A stretch of 64,000 nt of DNA. Origin: Candidatus Latescibacterota bacterium. GTDB taxonomy: Bacteria; Latescibacterota; UBA2968; UBA8231. The position numbers and the translations under genes are program-made. Every line of letters begins with the position of its first letter. Position 1 is the stretch's first letter. A model generated the notes under the pieces. That model was not told the DNA's origin. It ran no database searches and saw only the letters and a list, made by a program, of their open reading frames with translations. Below, piece after piece: positions 1 through 10,207 of this stretch. The stretch is from the NCBI GenBank assembly GCA_965243025.1, contig CBDETY010000003.1, positions 3,712,001 to 3,776,000 of the forward strand. The letters run 5' to 3'.

Positions 1-2
1 CC

Positions 3-1463
3 TTCATGCTCTCCCTCTACCTGATGATGATCGCGGTGGCGACGCTGATGCACAGGCGCTGGCAGGACGAACGACTCGTCTACCCGCTCGTGCAGCTCCC
101 CCTCGAAATGGTGTCCGAGGACGGCGGCTCACCTGTGAACCGGTTCCTCAAAAGCCCGCTCATGTGGCTGGGGTTCGCCATACCGTTCGTCCTGTTCAGC
201 ATCTCCGGTCTCCACGCTCATTTTCCCGCCATTCCCGACCTCGAGCTCAGCACCCGGATACCGCTGTTCTACGGCATGAAGGGATTGGGGTACGCCCAGG
301 ACGAGGTCTTCGTCTCGTTGCGCTTCCTCCTCATCGGGCTGAGCTACTTCGTCCCTCTCGAAGTTTCGTTCAGCCTGTGGTTCTTCTACCTGCTCAACCA
401 CCTGCAGGCCGGCCTCTTCACGCGCATCGGTTTCGACGTGCCCGGTTTCCAGGAGCTGCACTCCGAAGGCACCATCGCCAGCGCCCACCAGGGCATGGGG
501 GCGATGATCGCCCTCGTGGCGGTTTCCCTGTGGACGGCGAGAGGACACCTGGCCGGCGCATTCCGTTCCGCATTCTCCAGGAGCCCTGCCGGGGACGGCG
601 AGGAGATGCTGCGCTACCGCACCTGTGTCTGGATGCTGCTCGCGGCGGCGGCTTACGCGGTGGTCTGGCTGAACGCCGCAGGGGTGCCGGTCGCCGTCGC
701 CGTGGCCCTGCTTGCGGTGGCGTTCGCCGTCTTCATCGGTCTGACGCGGGTGGTCGCCGAAGGGGGGATCGGTTACGGCCGGGCGACCATGACCCCGATG
801 GGATTTACCGTGCACCTGTTCGGGACTGCCCGGATAGGTCCGGAAGGGCTGACCCATTTCGCCCTTGCCCACGGCTGGGGGGGAGACATCCGCACCACGG
901 TGATGACCTCGGCGGCGAACGGCCTCAAGCTCGCAACCGCAACCCGAACCCGGCAGCAGCCGCTGTTCTGGGCGATCCTCGTCGCGGTGACAGTGGCGCT
1001 GGCCGGATCCGCCTGGACCGTGATTGCGGCAGGCTACGCCCACGGCGGGATCAACCTGCACTACTGGTTCTACGGCTATTTCGGACAGTGGGCTTACGAG
1101 CAGCTTGCGATCAAGCAGCTCAACCCGATACCGGACTGGAACATCCTCGGGCCCCGGGGGCTGTTCACCGCCCTCGGGGCCGGCAGTATGGGGATGCTGA
1201 TGTTCCTCCGCCACCGGTTTCTCGGCTGGCCGCTGCACTACATCGGCTTTCCGGTCGCCGGCACCTACGTCATGTTCTTCTCCTGGTTCGGCCTTTTCAC
1301 GGGCTGGCTGCTCAAGCTCGTCATCCTCAGGTACGGGGGCGGCCGTCTCTACCTGCGCCTGCGTCCCTTCTTTCTGGGGATGGTGCTGGGGAATATCGTC
1401 TGTGCCGGCTTCTGGATGGGGGTGACCCTGATCACCGGCGTGCGCGCCCCTGTTCCCCTTTGA
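3..1463 (+). CDS. DUF6785/DUF6784-type polytopic membrane protein (OPT-like putative transporter), 5'-truncated by window edge
   Basis: Frame is open from the window start. Many TM helices. Motifs 'RRWQDERLVYPLVQLP', 'SFSLWFFY', 'WPLHYIGF', 'RPFFLGMVLG' are shared with the paralog at 15293-17218. Confidence 0.75.
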   Translation, partial: FMLSLYLMMIAVATLMHRRWQDERLVYPLVQLPLEMVSEDGGSPVNRFLKSPLMWLGFAIPFVLFSISGLHAHFPAIPDLELSTRIPLFYGMKGLGYAQDEVFVSLRFLLIGLSYFVPLEVSFSLWFFYLLNHLQAGLFTRIGFDVPGFQELHSEGTIASAHQGMGAMIALVAVSLWTARGHLAGAFRSAFSRSPAGDGEEMLRYRTCVWMLLAAAAYAVVWLNAAGVPVAVAVALLAVAFAVFIGLTRVVAEGGIGYGRATMTPMGFTVHLFGTARIGPEGLTHFALAHGWGGDIRTTVMTSAANGLKLATATRTRQQPLFWAILVAVTVALAGSAWTVIAAGYAHGGINLHYWFYGYFGQWAYEQLAIKQLNPIPDWNILGPRGLFTALGAGSMGMLMFLRHRFLGWPLHYIGFPVAGTYVMFFSWFGLFTGWLLKLVILRYGGGRLYLRLRPFFLGMVLGNIVCAGFWMGVTLITGVRAPVPL

Positions 1464-1583
1464 GGGCCGGGGAACGGGGGGCCTGCCATCGCCGCGACCG
1501 GGAGAACCGCCCCGGTGCCCCGGCGCGGTGCCGCACCGGGCCGCACCTTTTGCCGCTGCCGGCGGCGAATCCGCTTTTCCCTG

Positions 1584-3791
1584 TTATCTCTTCAGGTCGC
1601 CGAACCTGAGCACCGGGGGCGAGACGATCCTGAATTCGGGGTTTCCCTCTTCGATTTCCAGGAAGGAATCCATCGGAACCCCGGTGAACGCCTGTGTCTC
1701 GCCGGAAGCGGGCCAGTACACCTCCAGCATGTCGACCTTTTCCGCGGCCCCCAGGCCGATCGTCTGACGCAGGGGATTGGCGCCGAACGAGCCGCCGCTG
1801 TTGACGTGCTTGTAGATCGCGCGGCTTCCCTGCCCGCCGCTGACGTCGACGCGGATGCGGGCGCCGATGGCGGAACGGTTGGAACCGGTTCCGGTGAGGC
1901 GAACGGCGATCCAGTGGTTGCCGAACCCGGGGTTCTCGTAGAAGCTGTCGAAGTAACCGTCTCCCTTGTACGCCCCGCCCATCTGCTCGAAGACATCCTG
2001 GTCGCCGTCGTTGTCGAAATCGGCGAAGGCGACGCCGTGGCCTTTCTGCAGGTGGCCGAACCCCCCTGCCGTGGTCACGTCGGCGAAGCGTTCACCGACG
2101 ACGTTGAGGTACATGAGATTGGGCATCAGCTCGGCGTAGTCGGTATCTCCGGTCCCGAGGTAGAAGTCGCAGAAACCGTCGTTGTCGAGGTCCCCGAAGT
2201 TGGCGCCCATCGGTTTCGTCGGTTTGACGAGGTTGCTCTGCCGGGCGACGTCGACGAAACCGCCCCGGCCGTCGCCGCGGTACAGCCGCGACAGCCCGGC
2301 GCGGAAGGCAAGGCCGAGGTAGGATGCGGCGACGTCGGCAACCCCGGCCTCGTAGGAGGCGACGTACAGGTCGAGGTGGCCGTCGTTGTCGTAGTCCCAG
2401 AACCAGCAGGGAAAGCTGTACCTCGGGCCGGCTACCCCGAGGTCGGCGGCGACGTCGGTGAACCGGCCGCCGGCGTTGTTGCGGTACATGCGGTTGGCGG
2501 CGCCGAGGTTCGAGACGTACAGGTCGGGGAAGCCGTCGGCGTCGTAGTCCCCCCAGACCACCGCTTTCGCATAGCGGTCGTTGACCACGCCGGCGGCCGA
2601 GGCGACTTCGGAAAAGGTGCCGTCCCCTTCGTTGCGGAACAGCTGCGACGGGGATATCTGCCAGTCCGAGGATTCGTTGCCGATGTAGACGTCGACGTCG
2701 CCGTCGTTGTCGAAATCCGCCCAGGATCCGGTCTGCGTCGGGTAGTGCCCTTCCCCCATTCCCGCCGCATAGGTCGCGTCGGAAAACCTGGCGCTTCCAT
2801 CCGGCGCGTCCGACAGGTTGCGCAGCAGAGAGTTGGGGTGGCGGCCCGATTCGGCGAACCACCCTCCGCGAAGCACGAGGAGGTCGAGCCGGCCGTCGTT
2901 GTCGTAGTCGGCCTGCACGAGATTGAGGCCCCCGACGATACCGGTGAGATGGGCTTTCTCCGTCTCGTCTGCAAAGACACCCGAGCTGTTGCGCAGGAAC
3001 CGCAGCTGGCCCGCGATGTCGGAGGTCGACACGACGAGGTCGAGCAGACCGTCGTTGTCGAAGTCGTCGGCCACGGCGCCCCCCGACAGGGAGAAGGTTC
3101 CGACTCCCAGGGGCGGACCGATGTTGGTGAAACGCGGGAACTCCGCCTCCGACTCGAAGGCCGAGGGAGGAATCAGGTAGCGGTGGGGAACCCCGGAGGG
3201 GTACTCGCCGACCGTCATGCAGGCGATGTTGAGCAGCCATGTCGCCTCGAGCCGCAGGGCGGTTGCGCTCTCCGGGGTGGAGGCGAGGAGGCGCTCGAGC
3301 CGGGCGATCGCCTGCCGCGACCCCTCCTGTTCCCGGTGCACCCCGCCCCCCTGAATCGGCAGCAGGCAGCTGTCCGGAGAATGCCGCAGGCAGCAGTTCT
3401 CGGTCTCCCCCAGGCGCAGGTACGCCAGCGCCAGGCGCATGCCGACGGCGTTGCGGAAATCGGAGGCGCCGCGCCCGGCGAGCAGGCGGTCGGCCTCGGA
3501 AAGGCGCGCGATCGCCGCGGCTTCCTCGCCGAGGAACAGCTCCGCCACCCCGAGATCGAAGTTCAGCCTGGCGCGCTCCGGGACCGGCGCGGCCGCCGGC
3601 AGGGAGGCGAGCTCTTTGCGCAAGCGCTCCGCTTCCGCCGCTCCCTGGTAGGGATTGCCCGCCAGGGTGGCGTCGCTCACCGCCCTGAGCTCGCCGAGCA
3701 TGCGTTCGTGCGAGGGCCCGGCGGCCCATCCGGTTGCGGCGGCGGCCCCCAAAAGGAGGAAGGCTGTTGCGATCATCGAAGGAGGTTTCAT
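1584..3791 (-). CDS. Secreted CRTAC1/ASPIC-UnbV family FG-GAP repeat protein with N-terminal helical and Cys-rich region
   Basis: Signal peptide MKPPSMIATAFLLLGAAAATGWA (ATG 3791). Repeated DFDNDG/DYDNDG Ca-binding loops. C-terminal 'SNRSAIGARIRV...GGSFGANPLRQTIGLG' UnbV domain. Confidence 0.85.
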   Translation of the reverse strand: MKPPSMIATAFLLLGAAAATGWAAGPSHERMLGELRAVSDATLAGNPYQGAAEAERLRKELASLPAAAPVPERARLNFDLGVAELFLGEEAAAIARLSEADRLLAGRGASDFRNAVGMRLALAYLRLGETENCCLRHSPDSCLLPIQGGGVHREQEGSRQAIARLERLLASTPESATALRLEATWLLNIACMTVGEYPSGVPHRYLIPPSAFESEAEFPRFTNIGPPLGVGTFSLSGGAVADDFDNDGLLDLVVSTSDIAGQLRFLRNSSGVFADETEKAHLTGIVGGLNLVQADYDNDGRLDLLVLRGGWFAESGRHPNSLLRNLSDAPDGSARFSDATYAAGMGEGHYPTQTGSWADFDNDGDVDVYIGNESSDWQISPSQLFRNEGDGTFSEVASAAGVVNDRYAKAVVWGDYDADGFPDLYVSNLGAANRMYRNNAGGRFTDVAADLGVAGPRYSFPCWFWDYDNDGHLDLYVASYEAGVADVAASYLGLAFRAGLSRLYRGDGRGGFVDVARQSNLVKPTKPMGANFGDLDNDGFCDFYLGTGDTDYAELMPNLMYLNVVGERFADVTTAGGFGHLQKGHGVAFADFDNDGDQDVFEQMGGAYKGDGYFDSFYENPGFGNHWIAVRLTGTGSNRSAIGARIRVDVSGGQGSRAIYKHVNSGGSFGANPLRQTIGLGAAEKVDMLEVYWPASGETQAFTGVPMDSFLEIEEGNPEFRIVSPPVLRFGDLKR

Positions 3792-4008
3792 GGATTGCGG
3801 CAGCTGTTTACCCGAGGGTTTCGAAAATACCTTCCGCCATTCCCTCTTCCAATCGCCGCCCACATTCCCCTGTCCCGACCAATGCGGGGACATGGCGTCC
3901 GTGCGCCCACCGGTGCGGTTCCGCATCTTTTCCCGGGAAGCATCAAAAAGGAAATCTCGACGCGAGGACGGTTTGTCAGCCCCTGTTCCGGCAGACTTCT
4001 GCAATACG

Positions 4009-5508
4009 GTGCGCACATCGATACCGGCGGCGTTGCTCGCCGTATCCCTGGCTTCCTGCTCGGAGGAGGTCGACGAGAACACCGCCCTGGGAATACGGCA
4101 CTTCACCACGGGCGATCTCACCGTCGCCCTGGAGGCCCTCCAGGCAGCCGACCGCGAGGGAACCGCCGACGAGGTGACCTACAGCTACCTGGCTCGCACC
4201 CACCTCGGCCTCGGCAAGTACGGCGAGGCGCACGAGGCGATAGAAAAGGGGATCGCCCTGGACCCGGAACAGGCCCAGCTGCACGAAATCCACGGCTCCG
4301 TGCATGCGGCCCGTTATGCCGCCCGCGCCTGGACGGAGATCCAGGACCGGGATGCCGAGGATGCGGTCAACGCCTACACCAGGGCCATCGAGCTCGGTCC
4401 CGGCCGTCCCTCTCCCCATTACAACCTCGGCGTCATGCACAGCTACCGCGACAGCTCAAGGCTGGCCGAGGCGGCCTTCCGCGCCGCCCTGAAAGCCGAT
4501 CCGGCAATGGCCCAGGCTCACAAGAAGCTCGGCCGGATCCTGCGCCACAAAGGCCGCGCCGAAGAGGCGGCCGGAGCGTTCGAGCAGGCGGTCCGGAACG
4601 CCCCGGACGACTCCGAAGCCCACTACCGCCTCGGGTTGTCATACCGGGACCTGGGGCGCTTCGAGGAGGCCGCCGGGGTAATGGAGAAGGCGGTCGAGCT
4701 CAATCCCCGGGCCCCCAAGCTGCGCCTTACCCTGGGGAACCTTTACATGCGCCTGGGCAGGCGCGAGGACGGCAGGCGCGAGATGGAGCGCTCCGAGGAG
4801 CTCCGCCGTGAGATGCAGGGGCTGCACGCCGAGATCACCCCTCCGGACGGCCCCGTCGTTTCCATCGGCACCCTCCGCGACCACTACCACCTCGGCTACA
4901 AATACATGCTTGCCGGCGACCTGCCCAACGCCCTGCTGGAGTTCCGGCGCGCGATGGAAATCGATCCCGAACACAGGGACTCCATAACCGGTCTGGCGAT
5001 GGTCCTGACGCAGCTGGGACGACTTGACGAAGCCGCGGTCCAATTCGAGAAGAGCTCCGACCTCGACCCGGGCGACCCGCTGGGACACGCGCGTCTCGGA
5101 CGCCTCTACCTGGAACTCGGAGAGCTCGCCGCATCCCTGCGCTCCTTCGAGAAATCCGCCGAGCTCGACAGCACCATACCCGAGACCTTCAACAGCCTGG
5201 GAATGGTCGCCGCGCGCATGGACGACCCCGGGGAGGCGGTCGCCTACTTCTCCAAGGCGCTGGAACTGAAGCCGGATTACGTCGAAGCGCAGATCGGCAT
5301 CGGAGTCACCCACTTCCGGCTCGGCCGCCTCGAGGCCGCGGCGGCGGCGTATGAACGGGCGCTCGAGCTCGACCCGGACAACCCCCGCGTCCTCGTGTAC
5401 CTCGGGGATACATGCAGGAAGCTCGGCAGGCTCGAAGAGAGCGAGAAGCTGTACGAGCGGGCGCGGGCGCTGAGGCGGGAGCAGGTGGAAGCTTCGGGGT
5501 CGGGATAG
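4009..5508 (+). CDS. TPR-repeat lipoprotein
   Basis: Probable GTG start 4009 gives VRTSIPAALLAVSLASC (lipobox). Many 34-aa TPR units (e.g. 'AHYRLGLSYRDLGRFEEAAGVMEKAVELNP'). Confidence 0.85.
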   Translation: MRTSIPAALLAVSLASCSEEVDENTALGIRHFTTGDLTVALEALQAADREGTADEVTYSYLARTHLGLGKYGEAHEAIEKGIALDPEQAQLHEIHGSVHAARYAARAWTEIQDRDAEDAVNAYTRAIELGPGRPSPHYNLGVMHSYRDSSRLAEAAFRAALKADPAMAQAHKKLGRILRHKGRAEEAAGAFEQAVRNAPDDSEAHYRLGLSYRDLGRFEEAAGVMEKAVELNPRAPKLRLTLGNLYMRLGRREDGRREMERSEELRREMQGLHAEITPPDGPVVSIGTLRDHYHLGYKYMLAGDLPNALLEFRRAMEIDPEHRDSITGLAMVLTQLGRLDEAAVQFEKSSDLDPGDPLGHARLGRLYLELGELAASLRSFEKSAELDSTIPETFNSLGMVAARMDDPGEAVAYFSKALELKPDYVEAQIGIGVTHFRLGRLEAAAAAYERALELDPDNPRVLVYLGDTCRKLGRLEESEKLYERARALRREQVEASGSG

Positions 5509-5728
5509 CCGGTTCAGCCAGGGGCGCTGCCGGGACACTCGCCGCCACCACCTCGCCGGCACATCGGGGGCATCCCCCCGGGGGGAGCGCCGACAACCCT
5601 TCCGCGAACCATCGCCGCCGCCGGTCCGGGTTGCCGGACCTTCCGCAGCGGCGGCACCGTCCCTCGCCGTTCCGCCCGGGCGAGAGGCAGATCACCGGCC
5701 TGTTCGGGCCGTGATGGATCCGGGGGGC

Positions 5729-8260
5729 CTACATGCCGGGGACGCGGTTCGCCAGCCTCCTCAGGATCTCCCTGGCGTTGTGTTCATCCGGATCGATGAG
5801 CAGGGCCCGGCGCAGCTGCTTTACCGCCGCCCCCCACTTCTCCTGGACCAGGGCGACCACCCCGAGGAACATGTGGCGCCGCGCCTCGAAGCGGCGGTCG
5901 AGCTGTTTCGCCGTCTCGGCGTCGACGCCGTCGAGGTACGGAACGATGGTCGGCGACAGTTGGACGGAGACGCTGCGGAGCGCCGGCATCCCCCGGCTGG
6001 TCCCTTTCCGCTTGCGCTCGGAAAAGCTGATGTAGGGACGATCGTCGGTGTTCGTGGGACCGGTGCCCGCATAGGCCGCCAGCCCCGCTTCGCCGAGGGC
6101 CAACGTGCTGAGCAATGAGACGGCGTCGCCGAGAAAGACTTCCTGCAGCTGCCGGGCGACCGCAGTTTCCCGCAGCCTCGAGTTCAGCTGTTCGATGTCG
6201 ATGTGCAGTCTCTCCGGGGTGGCGAGCATCACCGCGTAGCTTCGCGTCAGCCACAGGGAGGCGTGGGGAAACACCGCCCTGAAGGTGCGCAGGATCATCT
6301 TGAAATCCGCCACCGTGAGGCCGTGAAGGGGCAGCCACTGGGCGACGATCCCCCCGGGGTTGAGCCGCTGCCGGCACAGCCGGTAGAACTCCTCCGTGTA
6401 AAGGACCCAGCTGTCCGCCGTTCCTGGATGGGTGGCGTCGGCGATGACCAGGTCGTAGGTGCGCTCGCTGCGCAGTACGTGGTTGCGGCCGTCCTCGGGA
6501 ATCAGCTCGAGAACTCCCTGCCCGAAACGCTCGTAGACCTCGTTGTTGTGGTCGGTGAAGTGAATCCCCGCATCCACGACCGCGGGCACGACCTCGACGC
6601 AGTCGATGCGCCGGGGACCGTACCCCTCCACCGTGGCCAGGGTGATGCCGCCGCCGAAGGCGATTACGAGGACCTCCCCGGGGTCGGGGTGAACGACCAT
6701 CGGCAGGGTCCCGAGAAGGCGGAATGTCTGCAGGGAGGAGAAGTCGGTCGGCACCTCTCCCCCGCCGTTGATCATGAGCAGACGGTAGCCGCCCTCCGCC
6801 GCGTGGACGGTGACGGTGCCCCCGGCGTCCTCGTCGAAGTGGACCATGCGGGTGTTGCCGTGGCTCCAGGCCATCATCGTCTCGATCAGGTTCCCGGGCA
6901 TCACCCCTTTCCACAGCAGGAAGAACCCCCCGGCCAGAACCGGGGGCACCAGCTTGCGGCGCAGGCCCGCGGCGCTCCACAGGACGAGCAGCAGACCCGC
7001 GGCCAGGTTGATCAGCGCCAGGAACTCGAGCGACAACTGCGTGCCCAGCCCGGGAATGAGCAGGAAGCCTGCGGCGAAGGCGCCGAAGATCGCCCCGGTC
7101 GTGTTGACCGCGTAGATGTCGCCGACCTCGGTTCCGACCACCCCGATCCGCCGCACCCGGATCCTGGCGACGAGGGGAAACAGGAACCCCATCAGGAAGG
7201 TCGGGACGAACATCACCATGGCGGCGGCGGTGAACAGCATGGCGATGTGGTCTTCCCACTCCGGCCTGGGGAAGGCGGAGACCAGCCTTGGCAAACCGGC
7301 GACGGCGGCTACCGAAACCACGCCGAAAACTCCGAGGAGAAGCTCGATGACCCCGAAGGCGTACACCCTGTCGCGCAGGCGGTCCGCCCAGCGGGCGCCC
7401 GCAGCCGAGCCGGCGGCGATGCCGGCCAGAAAGGTTATGACGATGGTGCTCAAGGTCTGCACGGTGGCGCTCGTCAGGGTCGTCTGCAGCAACCGGGTCC
7501 AGACAATCTCGTAGCCCAGGGCCGCGAATCCCGACAGGGCGAACACCGCCGGCACCGCTATCTCCAGGCGCCGCGGCACGGGATCGGCGGAGAGAGCGGG
7601 CTCCTTTCCCTCCGGTTCCGGCGGGGGGCTCTCCGGTGCGGCGACCCGCTCGATCAGCAGGGCGGCGGCGGCAATCGCGAGGTTGGCGGCGGCGGCGGCG
7701 AACACCGTCCCCCGCACCCCCAGGTGCTCCATCAGGAAGAAGGCGGCGGCGAAACAGCCGAGCGCCGCCCCGGCGGTGTTGATGCTGTAGAGGGAACCCA
7801 GTTGCCAGCCGGCCGCAGAGATGTGGCGCACGGCGAAACGGCACAGGGCGGGAAGGGTGCCCCCCATCAGGGTCGTCGGCGGCAGCAGGATCAGGAAGCC
7901 CAGGACGAAGCGCGCCAGCGCGAACATCATGGGCCGGCCCTCGAGCAGCTGGTAGAGGGCGGTGTGAAGGTCGTCGAGACCGGTCAGGATCCACGGGAAG
8001 GCCAGCGAGAACAGACCGATGCCCAGCTCGAGGAGGGCGTAGATCCGCAGTCCGCGGCCGCGGCTGTCGGCGACGCGTCCGAAAAGGGCGCTGCCCAGCG
8101 CCAGCCCGGCCATGAAGGCGGTGAGAACGGTGCTGACGGCGAAAACGCTGACTCCGAAGACGACGATCAGCATGCGCACCCAGACCACCTGGTACACGAG
8201 GGTGCAGGCCCCGGACAGGAAGAACAGGGCGGCGACCAGCAGCGGGGTGCTCCTGTTCAC
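5729..8260 (-). CDS. Fused membrane (MFS-like) / spermidine-synthase-like SAM-binding protein with C-terminal TPR
   Basis: N-terminal duplicated TM domain ('FFLSGACTLVYQVVWVR', 'LSGFAALGYEIVWTR'). C-terminal class I MTase fold ('VLVIAFGGGITL', 'EDGRNHV', 'LYTEEFY...LNPGG', 'NTDDRP'). Confidence 0.85.
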   Translation of the reverse strand: MNRSTPLLVAALFFLSGACTLVYQVVWVRMLIVVFGVSVFAVSTVLTAFMAGLALGSALFGRVADSRGRGLRIYALLELGIGLFSLAFPWILTGLDDLHTALYQLLEGRPMMFALARFVLGFLILLPPTTLMGGTLPALCRFAVRHISAAGWQLGSLYSINTAGAALGCFAAAFFLMEHLGVRGTVFAAAAANLAIAAAALLIERVAAPESPPPEPEGKEPALSADPVPRRLEIAVPAVFALSGFAALGYEIVWTRLLQTTLTSATVQTLSTIVITFLAGIAAGSAAGARWADRLRDRVYAFGVIELLLGVFGVVSVAAVAGLPRLVSAFPRPEWEDHIAMLFTAAAMVMFVPTFLMGFLFPLVARIRVRRIGVVGTEVGDIYAVNTTGAIFGAFAAGFLLIPGLGTQLSLEFLALINLAAGLLLVLWSAAGLRRKLVPPVLAGGFFLLWKGVMPGNLIETMMAWSHGNTRMVHFDEDAGGTVTVHAAEGGYRLLMINGGGEVPTDFSSLQTFRLLGTLPMVVHPDPGEVLVIAFGGGITLATVEGYGPRRIDCVEVVPAVVDAGIHFTDHNNEVYERFGQGVLELIPEDGRNHVLRSERTYDLVIADATHPGTADSWVLYTEEFYRLCRQRLNPGGIVAQWLPLHGLTVADFKMILRTFRAVFPHASLWLTRSYAVMLATPERLHIDIEQLNSRLRETAVARQLQEVFLGDAVSLLSTLALGEAGLAAYAGTGPTNTDDRPYISFSERKRKGTSRGMPALRSVSVQLSPTIVPYLDGVDAETAKQLDRRFEARRHMFLGVVALVQEKWGAAVKQLRRALLIDPDEHNAREILRRLANRVPGM

Positions 8261-8443
8261 CGGCTCTCCCCGACTTCAGGCGGCTTCATGAAGCGACCGG
8301 CAAGTCCGGCGCGGTCCGGCGGTCTGCCCCGGAACACAGCGGCCCCGGCACCCCCCGGTTCCAACTCCACGGGATGTCGCAGGCCGGTGCGGCGGCCCTC
8401 GCCGGCGGTCGATTGACTCGCATCCATTCTTCCCATCCCCGGG

Positions 8444-10186
8444 TCAGCGCCGGAACGGCGTGCTCTCCACGATTCCCGCGCCCTCGCGAACGAGGTGGTA
8501 AGCCCCCGCGGCGAGCCCCTGCACTTCCTCCACCCTGCCGCTGGGCCAACGGATGGTGGCGCGGGCGGGGCCGCCTTCCCCGGGAAGCCCGACCCGCAGC
8601 CGCGGATCCTGGCTCGCCAGGTAGGAGGACCCTGCGTGAACCTCGCGCAGCAGCCTGCGCCCCCCGGCCTCGATCAGGACCCGGGCGCCGTAGGCGTCGC
8701 GGTTGGACTCCGGCGGAGAGCCTTCCAGGCGCAGGCCGAGGGAGGGGTTCCCCTGGCCGACCGCGTTTTCGAGGAGCAGCGCCTGCGAGCCGTTGTTGTT
8801 GACGACGACGTCGTCGTCGCCGTCGCCGTCGATGTCGGCAGCGGCCAGGCCGCGGCCGGCGCGCCTGGGAAGCCCGTCTCCACCCCTCGAAGCAAGGACC
8901 TCGCGGAAGCTGCCGCCGGTGTTTTCGAAAAGCAGGTCGTCCTGCTCGAAGGAGCTGCCTTCCTTGACGAGGGCGATATTGTCGATGACGTGGCCGTTGG
9001 CGACGACGAGGTCGAGGTCGCTGTCGAGATCGAAGTCGAGAAAGCAGGTCCCGAAGCCGACGTAGGCGAGGGTGGACGCCCCCAGGCCGCTGCCGTAGCT
9101 GACCTCCATCACCGCGCTGCCGCCGTCGTTTCGATACAGCGAGTTGGTCTGGGCTTCGAGGTTGGTCACCGTGATGTCGAGATCGAGGTCGCCGTCGTAG
9201 TCCCCCATGTCGGTCCCCATCCCGGCCTCGGCCACCGCGTCGTACCCGAAAGCGGCCCCGTAGTAGATCGCCTCCTCGGTGAAGCCGGGGCTGCCTTCCT
9301 CCAGGTGGTTGATGTAGAGGAAGTTGGCGGTGCCGTCGTTGGCGACGTAGAGATCGGAATCGCCGTCCCCCTCGAAATCTCCGGCGACGACCCCGAGCCC
9401 CTTGCCGGAGCAATCGGTGATTCCCAGCTCGCCGGATACGTCGGCGAAGCTGCCGGTGCCGTCGTTGCGCAGCAGCCTGTCGCAGAGACCCCCGTAGGCC
9501 TGGGGTCCGCAGTAGACCTCGACACCCGACCGCCTGCACGGGGTGAAGGTCACCTGGTCGAAATCGACGTATCCGGCGACGTAGAGATCGAGGTCGCCGT
9601 CGAGGTCGAAATCGAAGAAGGTGGCCGACGTCGACCACCCGGGAATGTCGATCCCCGCAGCCGGGCCGGCTTCTTCGAAGACGCCGTCGCCGCGGTTCCT
9701 GAAAAGGAGATCCGCCCCGTAGTTCCCCACGAAGAGATCCGGGTCCCCGTCGTTCTCGACATCCCCCACTGCCATCCCCATTCCGTACCCTTCGTCCCCC
9801 GTCCGCGCGGTGTCGGTGACGTCGGTGAACGACCCGAACCCGTCGTTGCGGAAGAACCGGTTGCGGGGAGGAACCCCTGGGTCAGGGGTCCCCGGAAGGG
9901 GGGCGCCGTTCAGCAGGTAGAGGTCGAAGTCCCCGTCCTGGTCGTGATCGATGAAGCCGGCCCCCGAACCCATGATCTCCACTATGTACCGTTTCCCCGT
10001 GAACCCGGTGAAATGCCGGAACTCGACTCCGCGCTCCTGCGCGACGTCGCGAAAAATGACCCGCGAACCGGCCGCCGGCGCCGGCGTCCCCCCCGGCTTT
10101 TCTGTAGCCGTCGTACCGGAATCCCCGTTGCAGCCCGGCAACGACGCCGCGGCGGCGGCGACGAGAACCTCCAGCCGCAGTCCCAT
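8444..10186 (-). CDS. CRTAC1/ASPIC-UnbV family lipoprotein
   Basis: Lipobox-like 'AAASLPGC'. Motifs 'EIMGSGAGFIDHDQDGDFDLY', 'AGMGTDMGDYDGD', 'SYLASQDPRLRVGL'. Confidence 0.88.
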   Translation of the reverse strand: MGLRLEVLVAAAAASLPGCNGDSGTTATEKPGGTPAPAAGSRVIFRDVAQERGVEFRHFTGFTGKRYIVEIMGSGAGFIDHDQDGDFDLYLLNGAPLPGTPDPGVPPRNRFFRNDGFGSFTDVTDTARTGDEGYGMGMAVGDVENDGDPDLFVGNYGADLLFRNRGDGVFEEAGPAAGIDIPGWSTSATFFDFDLDGDLDLYVAGYVDFDQVTFTPCRRSGVEVYCGPQAYGGLCDRLLRNDGTGSFADVSGELGITDCSGKGLGVVAGDFEGDGDSDLYVANDGTANFLYINHLEEGSPGFTEEAIYYGAAFGYDAVAEAGMGTDMGDYDGDLDLDITVTNLEAQTNSLYRNDGGSAVMEVSYGSGLGASTLAYVGFGTCFLDFDLDSDLDLVVANGHVIDNIALVKEGSSFEQDDLLFENTGGSFREVLASRGGDGLPRRAGRGLAAADIDGDGDDDVVVNNNGSQALLLENAVGQGNPSLGLRLEGSPPESNRDAYGARVLIEAGGRRLLREVHAGSSYLASQDPRLRVGLPGEGGPARATIRWPSGRVEEVQGLAAGAYHLVREGAGIVESTPFRR

Positions 10187-10207
10187 CCTCCAACCTGTCC
10201 ACCCCAA

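Noticed and set aside
1515-4811. Very long antisense or alternate-frame ORFs (also 8495-11914, 6203-8416, 27189-31163, 40612-43341, 50008-52284)
   Set aside because: Shadow ORFs of real genes caused by high GC3. They are Arg/Gly/Pro-rich or V/D/E-patterned with no motifs.
5509-5728. GC-rich hairpins between convergent genes
   Set aside because: Plausible terminator stems, but without U-tracts and expected by chance at this GC content.
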